NCBI GenBank assembly: GCA_024231955.1
Contig: JAAEPZ010000591.1
Span: 98,453 to 162,452 of the forward strand
Direction of reading: 5' to 3'
From: a bacterium
GTDB lineage: Bacteria > Krumholzibacteriota > Krumholzibacteriia > JACNKJ01
DNA length: 64,000 nucleotides
Part shown: piece by piece, positions 50,587 to 60,704 of the stretch
Numbering within the stretch: position 1 is the stretch's first letter
How the letters are laid out: every line of letters starts with the position of its first letter
The notes under the pieces: model-generated
The model's database searches: none
What the model was told of the DNA's origin: nothing
The model's input: only the letters and a program-made list of their open reading frames with translations
Position numbers and translations under genes: made by a program

Positions 50587-52908
50587 ATGTCAGACATCAG
50601 CAAGCAGAAGGAAGCCCTCAAGCGCGCCGCTCTGGAATATCACGAATCAGGTGAGCGCCGGGGGAAGATCGAAGTCGTCTCCACCAAACCCTGCCTGACT
50701 CAGCGTGATCTGTCGCTGGCCTACACTCCGGGTGTCGCCGCGCCCTGCCTCGAGATCGAAAAGAATCCCGAGGACGCGGTTCGCTATACCGCGAGGGGGA
50801 ACCTGGTTGCGGTGGTCAGCAATGGCACCGCGGTGCTGGGTCTCGGCAACATCGGCGCTTTGGCCGGCAAGCCGGTGATGGAGGGCAAGGGTGTCCTCTT
50901 CAAACGATTCGCCGATATTGATGTGTTCGACATCGAACTGGATACCGAGGATCCCGCGGAGATCATCAAGGCCGTCAAACTGATGGAACCGACCTTCGGC
51001 GGCATCAATCTCGAGGATATCAAGGCCCCCGAGTGCTTCATGATCGAGGAGACCCTGAAGCGGGAAACCGACATTCCGGTGTTTCATGACGATCAGCACG
51101 GCACGGCAATCATCTCCGGCGCGGCTCTCATCAACGCCGTCGAGATCACGGGTAAGAAGATGGAGGAGCTCAAGGTCGTCTTCAGCGGCGCGGGAGCCGC
51201 GGGTATCGCCTGCGCCAATTTCTACATCTCGCTTGGCGTGCAGCTGGAAAACATACTCATGGTGGACAGCAAGGGCGTGCTCTGGCGGGGACGTGGCGAT
51301 GAGGACAAGAACGCCTACAAGCTGAAGTTCTTCCGTGAGACTGAGTGCCGCGACCTAGCCGACGCCATGAAGGGGGCCGACGCTTTCTGCGGCGTCTCCT
51401 TTGCCGGGTTGCTTAAACCGGAGATGGTGAAGTCCATGGGCGAGCAGCCGATCATCTTCGCCATGGCCAACCCCGATCCGGAGATCACCTATCCCGACGC
51501 CGTCGAGGCCCGCCCCGATTGCATCATGGCCACCGGCCGCAGCGATTATCCCAATCAGGTCAACAACGTGCTGGGTTTCCCCTTCATCTTCCGGGGTGCC
51601 CTGGATGTCCAGGCCACGGCCATCAACGAGGAGATGAAGCTGGCCGCGGCCCATGCCCTGGCGGCTCTGGCCAAGGAGGACGTACCCGAGACGGTGATGC
51701 GCGCCTACGAAGCCGACGACCTGGCTTTCGGTCCCGAGTACATCATCCCCAAACCCTTCGATCCCCGCGTTCTGGTCTGGGAGGCGGCGGCTGTCGCCAA
51801 GGCGGCCATGGAGACGGGCGTGGCCCGCAAGGAGATCGATCTCGACGAATACCGTGAGGAGCTCAGGGAGAAGCTGGACGAATCGCGCGAAACGATGCGC
51901 AAGTTCCAGGTCCTGGCCAAGCGTAATCCCAAGCGTCTGGTCTTCCCGGAGGGGACCTACAGCAAGATAGTACTGGCGACGTCGGAGATAGCCCGGGAGG
52001 GGATCGCCAAGCCCGTGCTGCTGGGCAAGCGGGAGGAGGTCCTGGCCCGTTTCGAGGAGCTGCATCAGGATCCGACCGGCATTGAGATCATCGATCCGCT
52101 CAATTCGGAACATTTCGACGACTACGTCAAAGCCTACTACAAACTGCGGCAACGCAAGGGCGTGACGGAGGAGCAGGCGAAATCGGAGATGCGTGAGATC
52201 AGCGTCTTCGGCGCGATGATGGTCAGGCAGGGGCATGTCGATGGCTTCGTCGGCGGCGTCAGCATGGACTACGGCAGGATTCTGCGGCCGGCGCTGAAGA
52301 TCATCGGTCCCCGGGCCGGCGGCAAACTCGTCGCGGGTATGTATATGCTGCTCCATCAGCAAAGGCTGTTCTGCTTCGCCGACTGCTCGGTGAACATCGA
52401 ACCCAGCGCGGCCGAGCTGGCGGAGATCACCCTGCTGGCGGCGCAGGAGCTGGAGCGGCTCCACATAACGCCGCGCATCGCCATGCTCTCTTTCTCCAAC
52501 TTCGGTTCGGTGCGTTGCCCCGCCACCGATAAGGTCGCCCGGGCGGTCGACCTGATCAAGCGGGAGCGGCCCTACCTGCTGGTGGACGGTCCGGTGCAGG
52601 CCGATGTGGCCTTGAGCCCGCAGTTGATGAAGGAGCATTTCCCCTTCTCCGATCTGCGTGATCGTCCCAACCTGCTCATCTTCCCCAGTCTGGACGCCGG
52701 GAACATCAGCCTGCGGCTGGTGGAGATGTTCAGCCACGGCCAGGCGATCGGTCCCATCATGATGGGTATGGACAAACCGGTGCATCTGGTCGTGCAGGGG
52801 AGCGATATCAATGCCATCGTCAACATGGCGGCCATCGCCTGTGTCGATGCTCAGAATGAAGCCAAACGTAGAGAGAGCCTGGAGACGGCTCTCAACTATC
52901 ACACCTGA
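50587..52908 (+). CDS. maeB: NADP-dependent malic enzyme with PTA domain
   Basis: [47 protein letters not shown]-terminal phosphotransacetylase-like domain. Confidence 0.95.
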   Translation: MSDISKQKEALKRAALEYHESGERRGKIEVVSTKPCLTQRDLSLAYTPGVAAPCLEIEKNPEDAVRYTARGNLVAVVSNGTAVLGLGNIGALAGKPVMEGKGVLFKRFADIDVFDIELDTEDPAEIIKAVKLMEPTFGGINLEDIKAPECFMIEETLKRETDIPVFHDDQHGTAIISGAALINAVEITGKKMEELKVVFSGAGAAGIACANFYISLGVQLENILMVDSKGVLWRGRGDEDKNAYKLKFFRETECRDLADAMKGADAFCGVSFAGLLKPEMVKSMGEQPIIFAMANPDPEITYPDAVEARPDCIMATGRSDYPNQVNNVLGFPFIFRGALDVQATAINEEMKLAAAHALAALAKEDVPETVMRAYEADDLAFGPEYIIPKPFDPRVLVWEAAAVAKAAMETGVARKEIDLDEYREELREKLDESRETMRKFQVLAKRNPKRLVFPEGTYSKIVLATSEIAREGIAKPVLLGKREEVLARFEELHQDPTGIEIIDPLNSEHFDDYVKAYYKLRQRKGVTEEQAKSEMREISVFGAMMVRQGHVDGFVGGVSMDYGRILRPALKIIGPRAGGKLVAGMYMLLHQQRLFCFADCSVNIEPSAAELAEITLLAAQELERLHITPRIAMLSFSNFGSVRCPATDKVARAVDLIKRERPYLLVDGPVQADVALSPQLMKEHFPFSDLRDRPNLLIFPSLDAGNISLRLVEMFSHGQAIGPIMMGMDKPVHLVVQGSDINAIVNMAAIACVDAQNEAKRRESLETALNYHT

Positions 52909-52934
52909 TCTCCAACAAGCCCTAGGAGCGGTCC

Positions 52935-53594
52935 ATGACCGAAACCGACAAGCGGAGTTTCGTGCTGAGAAGGATTCACAGCCTGACCGGGGTCATACCG
53001 GTGGGGCTGTTCCTGCTCGAGCATATGTTCACCAATTCGGCCGCCATGTATGGCGGAGAAGTCTACAACAGCCGGGTGGAGTTCTTGCTGACGCTGCCCT
53101 TTGTGACGGCGCTCGAGATCGGGATGATCTTTCTCCCCCTTCTCTACCACGCCATCTACGGAGTTGTGATCACCTTCACCGGCAGGGCGAACAACATCGC
53201 CTACGGCTACGGCCGCAATCACAACTACCTCTGGCAGAGGATCAGCGGCTTCGTCGTCGCGATCTTCATCGTCCTCCATGTGGGGGGGACCAAGATCTGG
53301 GCGATTCAGCAGACGTTGCCCGCCGGAGAGCACCCCGACTTCTTTGCGCGGATGGCCACGATTCTGGATAGTCCGGCTGCGATAGCCCTGTATCTCGTCG
53401 GCATGCTGGCGGCCTTCTATCACTTCGCCAACGGCCTGTGGAATTTCTCCATCACCTGGGGCATCACGGTCAGTCAGGGGGCGCAACGTCGCCTGACGGT
53501 CGTCTGGGTCCTGCTGGGCCTGGCGCTGATGGCCGTGGGTGTCGCATCCGTTTTATCCTTCAACGGCATCTGGCCCGGATCGCCGGGACATTAA
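52935..53594 (+). CDS. sdhC: Succinate dehydrogenase/fumarate reductase cytochrome b subunit
   Basis: RRIHSLTG, five TMs, His ligands (YHA, LHV, YHFANG). Confidence 0.9.
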   Translation: MTETDKRSFVLRRIHSLTGVIPVGLFLLEHMFTNSAAMYGGEVYNSRVEFLLTLPFVTALEIGMIFLPLLYHAIYGVVITFTGRANNIAYGYGRNHNYLWQRISGFVVAIFIVLHVGGTKIWAIQQTLPAGEHPDFFARMATILDSPAAIALYLVGMLAAFYHFANGLWNFSITWGITVSQGAQRRLTVVWVLLGLALMAVGVASVLSFNGIWPGSPGH

Positions 53595-53607
53595 AGGAGA
53601 GATCTGC

Positions 53608-55404
53608 ATGAAAGCCCAAGCCAGATACATTGTCGTCGGAGGGGGACTCGCGGGGCTGATGGCCGCCATCAGAATCGCCGAATCCGAAGCGAACACCGCT
53701 GTGGATGTGTTCAGCCTCGTGCCCGTCAAGCGCTCCCATTCGGTCTGCGCCCAGGGCGGCATCAATGCCGTCCTCGATGTGAAGGGGCAGGACGATTCGA
53801 TCATGGAGCATTTCGATGATACCGTTTACGGCGGCGATTTCCTCGCCCATCAGTCCCCGGTCAAGGGGATGGTGGAGGAGGCGCCGCATATCATCAACAT
53901 GTTCGATCGCATGGGGGTCATGTTCAGCCGCACCGCGGAGGGTGTGCTGGATCAACGCTACTTCGGCGGCGTCAAGAAGCGTCGCACAGCCTTCGCCGGG
54001 GCGACCACCGGCCAGCAATTGATGTACGCCCTCGATGAGCAGACGCGGCCGCACGAAGTAGGCGGCGGTGTCGTCAAGCATGAGGGCTGGCAGTTCCTCA
54101 GCCTGGTCCTGGACGGGAACGGTCGCGCCTGCGGCATCTCGGCCCTGGAACTGAAATCGGGCGAGGTCAAGACCTTCCCCGCCGATGCGGTACTCATCGC
54201 CTCCGGCGGCTTCGGCATGGTTTATGGTCGCTCCACCACCAGCACGATCTGCACCGGCGGCGCCGCGAGCGCCATCTATCAGCAGGGCGCCGTGCTGGCC
54301 AACATGGAGTTCATCCAGATCCATCCCACTGCGTTGCCCGGCGAGGACAAGAACCGCCTCATGAGCGAGTCGGCTCGCGGTGAGGGGGGCAGGGTGTGGG
54401 TGCCCCGCAAGCCGGGGGACAATCGTGACCCGCGCCAGATTCCCGATGCCGAACGCTTCTACTTCCTGGAGGAGCGCTACCCGGCCTACGGCAATCTGGT
54501 GCCGCGCGATGTCGCCTCACGCGAGATCTTCAAGACCTGCACCGAAGAGGGGCTGGGCATCGGCGGCGAGAATATAGTCTACCTGGATCTGACCCACATG
54601 GATGCGGATTATCTCACGCGCCGTCTCGGCGGCATCCTGGAGATCTATGAAAACTTCGTGGGGGTCGACCCCAGGGTCATGCCCATGAAGATCTTCCCCT
54701 CGGTGCACTACTCGATGGGTGGTATCTGGGTCGATTGGGATCACATGACCAGCATCCCCGGTTGCTTCGCGGCCGGCGAGGCCGATTATCAGTACCACGG
54801 CGCCAATCGTCTGGGGGCCAACAGCCTGCTGTCGGCCACCTATTCGGGTGGCCTGGCCGGGCAGAAGATGCTCGACTACGTGGCTGGTATGGAGTCCGGC
54901 GACACGTCGAGTTCCGTATTCGACGGCGAGCGGAAGCGGCAGGTGGAGATCAATCAGAGTCTCCTCAAGGCGGAGGGTCCGGAGAATCCCGGCAACCTGC
55001 ACAGGGAGCTGGGGGAGTGGATGACGAAGAACGCATCTGTGATCCGCTTCAACAAGGATCTGGATTCCCTGGTCGGTCACGTCGACGAAATGCTGGACCG
55101 GTATCACAACAATCTGGGGTTGGGGGACAACGGTTCCTGGTGCAACCAGGAGTTGGGCTACGCTCGCGATCTGGGCAACATGCTGCGCACCGCGCAAGCT
55201 GTGTCCCGCGCGGCGAGAAACCGGGACGAGAGTCGCGGCAGCCACTACAAACCCGATTTCCCCGAGCGGAACGACGAGAAATATCTCGCCACGACAAAGA
55301 TCACCTACAACGCCGGCAAGGGCGAACCGGAGATCGATTACTCGGAGAAAATCGACACCGCTCACATCCAACCCCGCAAGCGGGACTACTCGGTGGACAA
55401 ATAG
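53608..55404 (+). CDS. sdhA: Succinate dehydrogenase/fumarate reductase flavoprotein
   Basis: GGGLAG, RSHSVCAQGG (covalent FAD His), QIHPT, SESARGEG, HGANRLGANS; AAGGAG RBS. Confidence 0.95.
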   Translation: MKAQARYIVVGGGLAGLMAAIRIAESEANTAVDVFSLVPVKRSHSVCAQGGINAVLDVKGQDDSIMEHFDDTVYGGDFLAHQSPVKGMVEEAPHIINMFDRMGVMFSRTAEGVLDQRYFGGVKKRRTAFAGATTGQQLMYALDEQTRPHEVGGGVVKHEGWQFLSLVLDGNGRACGISALELKSGEVKTFPADAVLIASGGFGMVYGRSTTSTICTGGAASAIYQQGAVLANMEFIQIHPTALPGEDKNRLMSESARGEGGRVWVPRKPGDNRDPRQIPDAERFYFLEERYPAYGNLVPRDVASREIFKTCTEEGLGIGGENIVYLDLTHMDADYLTRRLGGILEIYENFVGVDPRVMPMKIFPSVHYSMGGIWVDWDHMTSIPGCFAAGEADYQYHGANRLGANSLLSATYSGGLAGQKMLDYVAGMESGDTSSSVFDGERKRQVEINQSLLKAEGPENPGNLHRELGEWMTKNASVIRFNKDLDSLVGHVDEMLDRYHNNLGLGDNGSWCNQELGYARDLGNMLRTAQAVSRAARNRDESRGSHYKPDFPERNDEKYLATTKITYNAGKGEPEIDYSEKIDTAHIQPRKRDYSVDK

Positions 55405-55422
55405 CCGGGCGAAAGGAAGATC

Positions 55423-56172
55423 ATGGCCAAGAGGATGGTGGTATTCCGAATCAAACGCCAGAATACTCCCGACGGTGTCGCGCGCTGGGAGGAGTTCGAG
55501 CTTGAGTATCGGGAAAAGCTGAATGTGATCATCTGTCTCAACGAGATCCGGCGCAACCCGGTGACCCGGGGTGGGCAGAAGACGACGCCCGTCGCCTGGG
55601 AGTGCGCGTGTCTGGAGGAGGTCTGCGGGGCCTGTTCGATGGTGATCAACGGCAAGGCCCGTCAGGCCTGCAGCGCTTTGATCGACGAACTCGAACAGCC
55701 GATCAAGATCCAACCGCTCGGCAAGTTCCCCATCATACGGGACCTGGTTGTCGATCGGAACAGCATGTTCGAGAACCTGAAAAAGGTGAAGGCGTGGGTG
55801 CAGCTCGATGGCAGCTGGCATCTCGGCGCGGCGCCCCGCATGGACGAGCGTGACCGTTTCCGGGCTTACGATTTCTCCCGCTGCATGACCTGCGGTTGCT
55901 GCGTACAGGCCTGTCCCCAGGTCAATGGCGCCAGCAACTTCATGGGGGCGCAACCTATCGGACAAGTACGGCTGTTCAACAGTCACCCGCTGGGCAAGAT
56001 GCAGACCGAGGAGCGGCTTGAGGCGTTGATGGGCAAGGGCGGCATCTCCGAATGCGGCAATGCTCAGAACTGCATACAGGCCTGTCCGAAGGATATCCCC
56101 CTCGGGGATGCGATCGGCGAGGTCAACCGCCAGATGAGTGTGCATCTCATCAAGAAACTGTTCGCACGTTAG
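55423..56172 (+). CDS. sdhB: Succinate dehydrogenase/fumarate reductase Fe-S subunit
   Basis: CLEEVCGAC..AC, CMTCGCC..ACP, CGNAQNC..ACP. Confidence 0.95.
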   Translation: MAKRMVVFRIKRQNTPDGVARWEEFELEYREKLNVIICLNEIRRNPVTRGGQKTTPVAWECACLEEVCGACSMVINGKARQACSALIDELEQPIKIQPLGKFPIIRDLVVDRNSMFENLKKVKAWVQLDGSWHLGAAPRMDERDRFRAYDFSRCMTCGCCVQACPQVNGASNFMGAQPIGQVRLFNSHPLGKMQTEERLEALMGKGGISECGNAQNCIQACPKDIPLGDAIGEVNRQMSVHLIKKLFAR

Positions 56173-56191
56173 CGGGCTCTGACTTACTATA

Positions 56192-56236
56192 ACCCGAAGC
56201 GAGCGCCCTGTCCGGGGCGCCCGGTTCGGGTCTTTT
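56192..56236 (+). terminator. Terminator after sdhB
   Basis: Long stem ACCCGAA..GCGCCC/GGGCGC..TTCGGGT followed by CTTTT. Confidence 0.65.
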
Positions 56237-56253
56237 CATGTCCGGAGATCAGG

Positions 56254-57588
56254 ATGGCCTATTCAGATAGTTTCGAGTTGGAGATTGAGAGCCTGGCGGC
56301 CGGCGGCGATGGCGTTGGGCACCACGAGGGCAAGGCGATCTTCCTGGCCAACGTGGCTCCCGGTGATGTGGTCACCTGTCGGATTACCCGTGATCGGGAT
56401 CGCTGGGCCAAAGGGGAGCTTGTCAGTATGGTGTCAGACGGACCTGACCGCGTCGAGCCCCCCTGTCCGGTGGCCGGCAAATGTGGCGGGTGTCAATGGC
56501 AGCATGTATCGCTGGAGGCGCAGCGGATCGGACGCCAGGCCGTGGTCGAAGACGCGTTGCAGCGGATAGCCGGTTTGCACTCCTGGCCGGAGATAGAGTT
56601 TGCCGAAACCGTGAACAATGGCCTGGGATATCGCTGTCGCAGCGAATATCATGGGGCCCTGAGGTCGGCGGGACACCTGGATTTCGGGTTCTTCGCCAGG
56701 GGTAGTCACGAGCTTGTCGGGCATGACCGCTGTCTGCTGCTGGAGCCGCCGCTGGCCGAGGCCGTGAATGAACTCAAGGATCGGTTGCGGCTGGAGCTGC
56801 ATGAGCGCTGCCGCTTCCAGGTCGAGGCGACCTTGCTGCAGGGACCGGCTCTCCAACTGCTCATCAATGTCGAAAAGGCGGGGGCGAAGGCCCTGGCCAC
56901 GGCCCTGGAGGGCTGGCGCCCGTCGAATATGGAGGCCATGCATTACGAGATCCGCTTCCTGGATGGCAGGGGCGTTTTCCGCGAGGCACCGAAGGCACCC
57001 TATGTGCGGGACACACTGAGCATGGCGGATGCCAAGGGGGGGGAGCGGGAGATTCCGCTCTACACCCGTCCCGGTGAGTTCATTCAGGGGAATACCGAAG
57101 CCAATACGCAGTTGATCGAGGCCATTCTCAACGCGGCTACCCTGCAGGATGACAGCTGGATTCTCGATCTCTATTGCGGGGCCGGCAATTTCACGCTGCC
57201 GTTGGCGCTGGCCGGCGCAAGGGTTCTTGGCGTGGAGAGTCGTCGCAGCGCGCTGAGGAGCGCGCGCAAGACCACACGGGAGCTGGGACTGGGACGTGCC
57301 CGCTTCCGTGCCGGCAAGGTGGATGAGCTGCTGCCCCTACTGCTGGAGGAGGGGAAGAGCTACCATACCGTCGTCCTCGATCCGCCGCGACAGGGGGCTC
57401 CCGAATTACAGCAGTATCTGGATGGGTTCGGGATCCGGGAGATCCTGGCGGTGAGTTGCCATCCCGCCACTTTGGCCCGCGACCTGAAGGGTTGGATCGC
57501 CAAAGGATTCACACTGGAATCGGTGCAACTGTTTGATTTCTTCCCGCAGACCTATCATGTTGAAGTTCTGGCGAAGCTTAGCCGATAA
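56254..57588 (+). CDS. rlmD: TRAM-domain 23S rRNA (uracil-C5)-methyltransferase
   Basis: TRAM N-terminus, CPVAGKCGGCQWQH, FIQGN, LDLYCGAGNF, LDPPR, VSC, DFFPQTYHVE. Confidence 0.88.
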   Translation: MAYSDSFELEIESLAAGGDGVGHHEGKAIFLANVAPGDVVTCRITRDRDRWAKGELVSMVSDGPDRVEPPCPVAGKCGGCQWQHVSLEAQRIGRQAVVEDALQRIAGLHSWPEIEFAETVNNGLGYRCRSEYHGALRSAGHLDFGFFARGSHELVGHDRCLLLEPPLAEAVNELKDRLRLELHERCRFQVEATLLQGPALQLLINVEKAGAKALATALEGWRPSNMEAMHYEIRFLDGRGVFREAPKAPYVRDTLSMADAKGGEREIPLYTRPGEFIQGNTEANTQLIEAILNAATLQDDSWILDLYCGAGNFTLPLALAGARVLGVESRRSALRSARKTTRELGLGRARFRAGKVDELLPLLLEEGKSYHTVVLDPPRQGAPELQQYLDGFGIREILAVSCHPATLARDLKGWIAKGFTLESVQLFDFFPQTYHVEVLAKLSR

Positions 57589-57622
57589 TAGTGAGTAACA
57601 CCGTCAGGGGGAGGTGCCGATA

Positions 57623-57901
57623 ATGGACAACACACGAGCTTACCGGATCACCGGAATGGTGCAGGGTGTCGGCTTTCGCTACTTCACCCGCAATCAGGCG
57701 CGCTCGCTCGAGCTGAGCGGGTGGGTGTGCAATCGAGGTGATGGTTCCGTGGAGGTGCATGTCCGGGGGGACAACCAGACCCTGGACAAGTTCGAGGGTG
57801 TTCTCCGAGAGGGCCCCGAGAGCAGCCACGTGGATGAGATCAAGAGGCTCAAGGACACAACCATCCCGGATGCCAAGACATTCGAGATCCGTTTCGGGTA
57901 G
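57623..57901 (+). CDS. acyP: Acylphosphatase
   Basis: GMVQGVGFR, GWVCN..DGSVE, GP. Confidence 0.92.
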   Translation: MDNTRAYRITGMVQGVGFRYFTRNQARSLELSGWVCNRGDGSVEVHVRGDNQTLDKFEGVLREGPESSHVDEIKRLKDTTIPDAKTFEIRFG

Positions 57902-57925
57902 AGAACAATTCATAGGCAACATGAA

Positions 57926-57965
57926 CAAGGCCGTGGAGCAAAACGCTCCACGGCCTTGGTGTTTT
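57926..57965. terminator. Bidirectional terminator
   Basis: 14-bp perfect stem CAAGGCCGTGGAGC/GCTCCACGGCCTTG between convergent genes, with TTTT nearby. Confidence 0.8.
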
Positions 57966-57982
57966 CAGGGGTGTACCGTACC

Positions 57983-58882
57983 TCAGCGACTGCGGACACC
58001 CTCGAATGCCTCGCGCACTGGATCATAGTCGGCATCGACCGCTTCGGTCAGGCTGTCGATGTTGTAGAGATCGCGCAGGATTACCTGTCCGGGACGGCTG
58101 TCGCCCATGATCATCAGCGTATGCTTGATCAGGCTGGCAAGGCGGGGCCTATCCTTATTCATCGTCCGGGTGACGATGAACGTGTCCCCCGGAATCCTGT
58201 CGGAGAAGAAAATGGGGGTCAGACGCCGTGCGTCCCGTTTGTCAAGGAACTCCTCCGAGGTCCAGGATCCGACCTTACCCTTGGGGTCATCGGCGAAAGT
58301 GGCGCCGACATCGACCGTACCGTCGAGGATCTGTCTGATCACCGATTGGTGGCCACCCGCATAGGTGATTTCGGAGAAGTACCTGTCCGGATCGATCCCC
58401 TGGGCGAGCAGGGAGCTCATGGGGATGACATAACCGGAGGTGGAGCCGAGGTGGGTGAAGGCCAGCCGCTTGCCTTTGAGATCGTTGAGATTGGTGATGC
58501 CGCTGTCCTTGAGCACCAGCAGGACGCTCCAGTAGTAAGGCTGACCGCCCCGCACCGATTTGAGCAGTAGTTCGACATGCGCCACTTTGGCGGCGGTGAT
58601 GTAGCCGAGGGGAGAGAGGAAGGCGAAGTCGACCTTGCCCTCGGCGATGGTGCGGATCAATTGGCTGTAGCTCTCGACTACGACCGGTTCGCAGATAAGT
58701 TTGCTGCGCTCCTCGAGGAAGGCGCAGAAGGTGCCCGCCTTGGACTGGATGATCCCCGGGCTGTCGCCGCCGTTGAAACCGATCCGTATGGGTCTGTCAA
58801 TCGTGCCATCCTGGGCAGAGGCGGCAACTGCAGGCAGGAGCAATATCAGAAACAGAATGAACCGTGCTGAGAGTCGTGGCAT
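57983..58882 (-). CDS. PhnD/PtxB-like phosphonate/phosphite substrate-binding protein
   Basis: Signal peptide; SYSQLI, DFAFLSP..Y, STSGY..P, GGH. Confidence 0.82.
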   Translation of the reverse strand: MPRLSARFILFLILLLPAVAASAQDGTIDRPIRIGFNGGDSPGIIQSKAGTFCAFLEERSKLICEPVVVESYSQLIRTIAEGKVDFAFLSPLGYITAAKVAHVELLLKSVRGGQPYYWSVLLVLKDSGITNLNDLKGKRLAFTHLGSTSGYVIPMSSLLAQGIDPDRYFSEITYAGGHQSVIRQILDGTVDVGATFADDPKGKVGSWTSEEFLDKRDARRLTPIFFSDRIPGDTFIVTRTMNKDRPRLASLIKHTLMIMGDSRPGQVILRDLYNIDSLTEAVDADYDPVREAFEGVRSR

Positions 58883-59053
58883 TTCGGACCTCCCCTTTAC
58901 TGGACGTGACTGCTTACAGCCTGACACAGCAATACGAAACTGTCAACTTGTGCCGGACGAATGCTCCGTTGACGGGGGATGGAGCCGACGTGAATCGGCC
59001 TGCCGCGAACCGGATGATCCGCCGCAGGCCGGGAATGTGTATTTCGAACTGAT

Positions 59054-60697
59054 TCAACGGATGGTGGTGGTGGGCATGACGCTGAAGTTGGCCCGCTTGC
59101 TGACGCTCTGCTCACTTTGCAGATCACGCACCTCGATCTCGAGAATGTAGGTGTCCTCCGCAAATTCCCCCGTGCCGACGCTCAGGGGGTGACGGGCCAT
59201 TCGACCACCGTGTCGATCGGCGAAAGTCGAACCGATCTCCGAACTCACGACCTCGCTTTTCGTCCACAACCAGCCGGACTTGATCTTGGGCTGCTTGGGG
59301 CGGATGCGATAGGTAACCGTGTATTCGTTCAACCCCTGGGCGTCGGTGACCAGACCGTACACCTCGAAGAAGATGTTGAGATCGGTATTGCTGGTATACA
59401 TCCGCAGGGGATGGGGCTGCACCTCCCATTCACCCTTGGTGAAGATCGAGGGCGAATTCACGCTGTGGATATCGGAAGCGAAAGTGATGTCACTGAGCTC
59501 CAGCTCCTCGCTGGTGAAGGGGACGACCGTAACCGGCACCTGATATATCTGGAGTTTGCCGCTGCCGGTATCCTCCAGACGGAGGGCAAGCCGGTAGGTG
59601 CCGGGCATCAGATCCTGAACGGCAATCCCCGGAATCAGCGTGCCGGAGCGGGTGTCATCCAGAGTTTCCGCCCTGATGGGGATCCGGTCCTCGGAGGTGG
59701 CGATGCGGTCGTTGTCATCATCGAAGAAGGTGACCCGACGGAGGAGCTCGCCGCGAAACAGCTCCTCCTTGAAATCCCACTGCATGGCGAGATCGCAAAT
59801 CCTCACCTGATGCGTCACCTCTACCCGGGTTCGCCCGGTGGTGCCCCGGAAGCAATCGACGGCGAACACCGACCAGAGCGGCTCGGTCTGGAAGTCGTGA
59901 ACGTAGGGATCCTTCCGCTCCTTGCGCATGCGGAAGTAGTTCCCCTCCATGCGGCGGAACTTGGGTCCGAGCAGTTCACCCACCAGAGCCTGCGCCTTGA
60001 CATCATCGGGATTGATTGTCTCGCCCTCATTGAACTGGCGCACCAGGTCCATGTAGGCATCGGGGTTGGTGAGCCGCAGCTCATCGATCACCTCGAGATC
60101 CTCAGCCTGCCCGGACTGCAGGTAGGCATTCTCCAGTCGCCGCTTGACGTCGGGGCGGGTCGAGGGCACTTCGTCCCACGCCTGTCCCCATTCGCCATTC
60201 AGATTCCAGTCGGAGTAGGTGGCCCGCATTTCGAGATCGAGCCAGATCCAGGTATCGCGTGAACGATGAAATCCGGTCTCATCGAACCAGCTGTCCGTGA
60301 GAATCGTTTCGTCCGGCGGACCGAGGAAGACATAGTCGCGCCCCCGGAGATCCAGACCGCTGATGTCAGCGGCGGGGTAATTGGTCCGTGCGGTCTCCAG
60401 TCTCTTGAAATGCTCTTCGCGCCGTTCGTTCAACTCCGTAGTGGGGGTGGGATCCCGCAGCACCCAGAAGGCGGAGACCCAGGCGTTCAGGTCGTCAGTG
60501 CTGCCGATCCGCTGAAACTGCTCCTCCTCCGCCGGAGTCATGATCAACCCGATATCCTGCCAGATATACAGCTTCCAGGTCGGCAGGGTCTCCGCCCATT
60601 CCGTCCTGCTCTCGGCCGCAACCGGGGCGGCCGAGAGCAGTGTGGAGAGGAGCAGAGTCACTATGAGCAGATTCGTCGGGACCCGGCGTCGAAGCAT
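59054..60697 (-). CDS. GWxTD-domain protein
   Basis: Signal peptide; FW..RDPTP.T..NE...EH..R; degenerate GLDLRG..Y...GPP; C-terminal FEVYGL Ig-like domain. Confidence 0.8.
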   Translation of the reverse strand: MLRRRVPTNLLIVTLLLSTLLSAAPVAAESRTEWAETLPTWKLYIWQDIGLIMTPAEEEQFQRIGSTDDLNAWVSAFWVLRDPTPTTELNERREEHFKRLETARTNYPAADISGLDLRGRDYVFLGPPDETILTDSWFDETGFHRSRDTWIWLDLEMRATYSDWNLNGEWGQAWDEVPSTRPDVKRRLENAYLQSGQAEDLEVIDELRLTNPDAYMDLVRQFNEGETINPDDVKAQALVGELLGPKFRRMEGNYFRMRKERKDPYVHDFQTEPLWSVFAVDCFRGTTGRTRVEVTHQVRICDLAMQWDFKEELFRGELLRRVTFFDDDNDRIATSEDRIPIRAETLDDTRSGTLIPGIAVQDLMPGTYRLALRLEDTGSGKLQIYQVPVTVVPFTSEELELSDITFASDIHSVNSPSIFTKGEWEVQPHPLRMYTSNTDLNIFFEVYGLVTDAQGLNEYTVTYRIRPKQPKIKSGWLWTKSEVVSSEIGSTFADRHGGRMARHPLSVGTGEFAEDTYILEIEVRDLQSEQSVSKRANFSVMPTTTIR

Positions 60698-60704
60698 TCA
60701 GCAC

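Noticed and set aside
9125..56172. Reverse TCA cycle inferred from OFOR, citrate lyase, aconitase-family enzyme, Sdh and malic enzyme
   Set aside because: The genes are in separate operons, substrate specificities and directions are unknown, and other required enzymes are not in the window.
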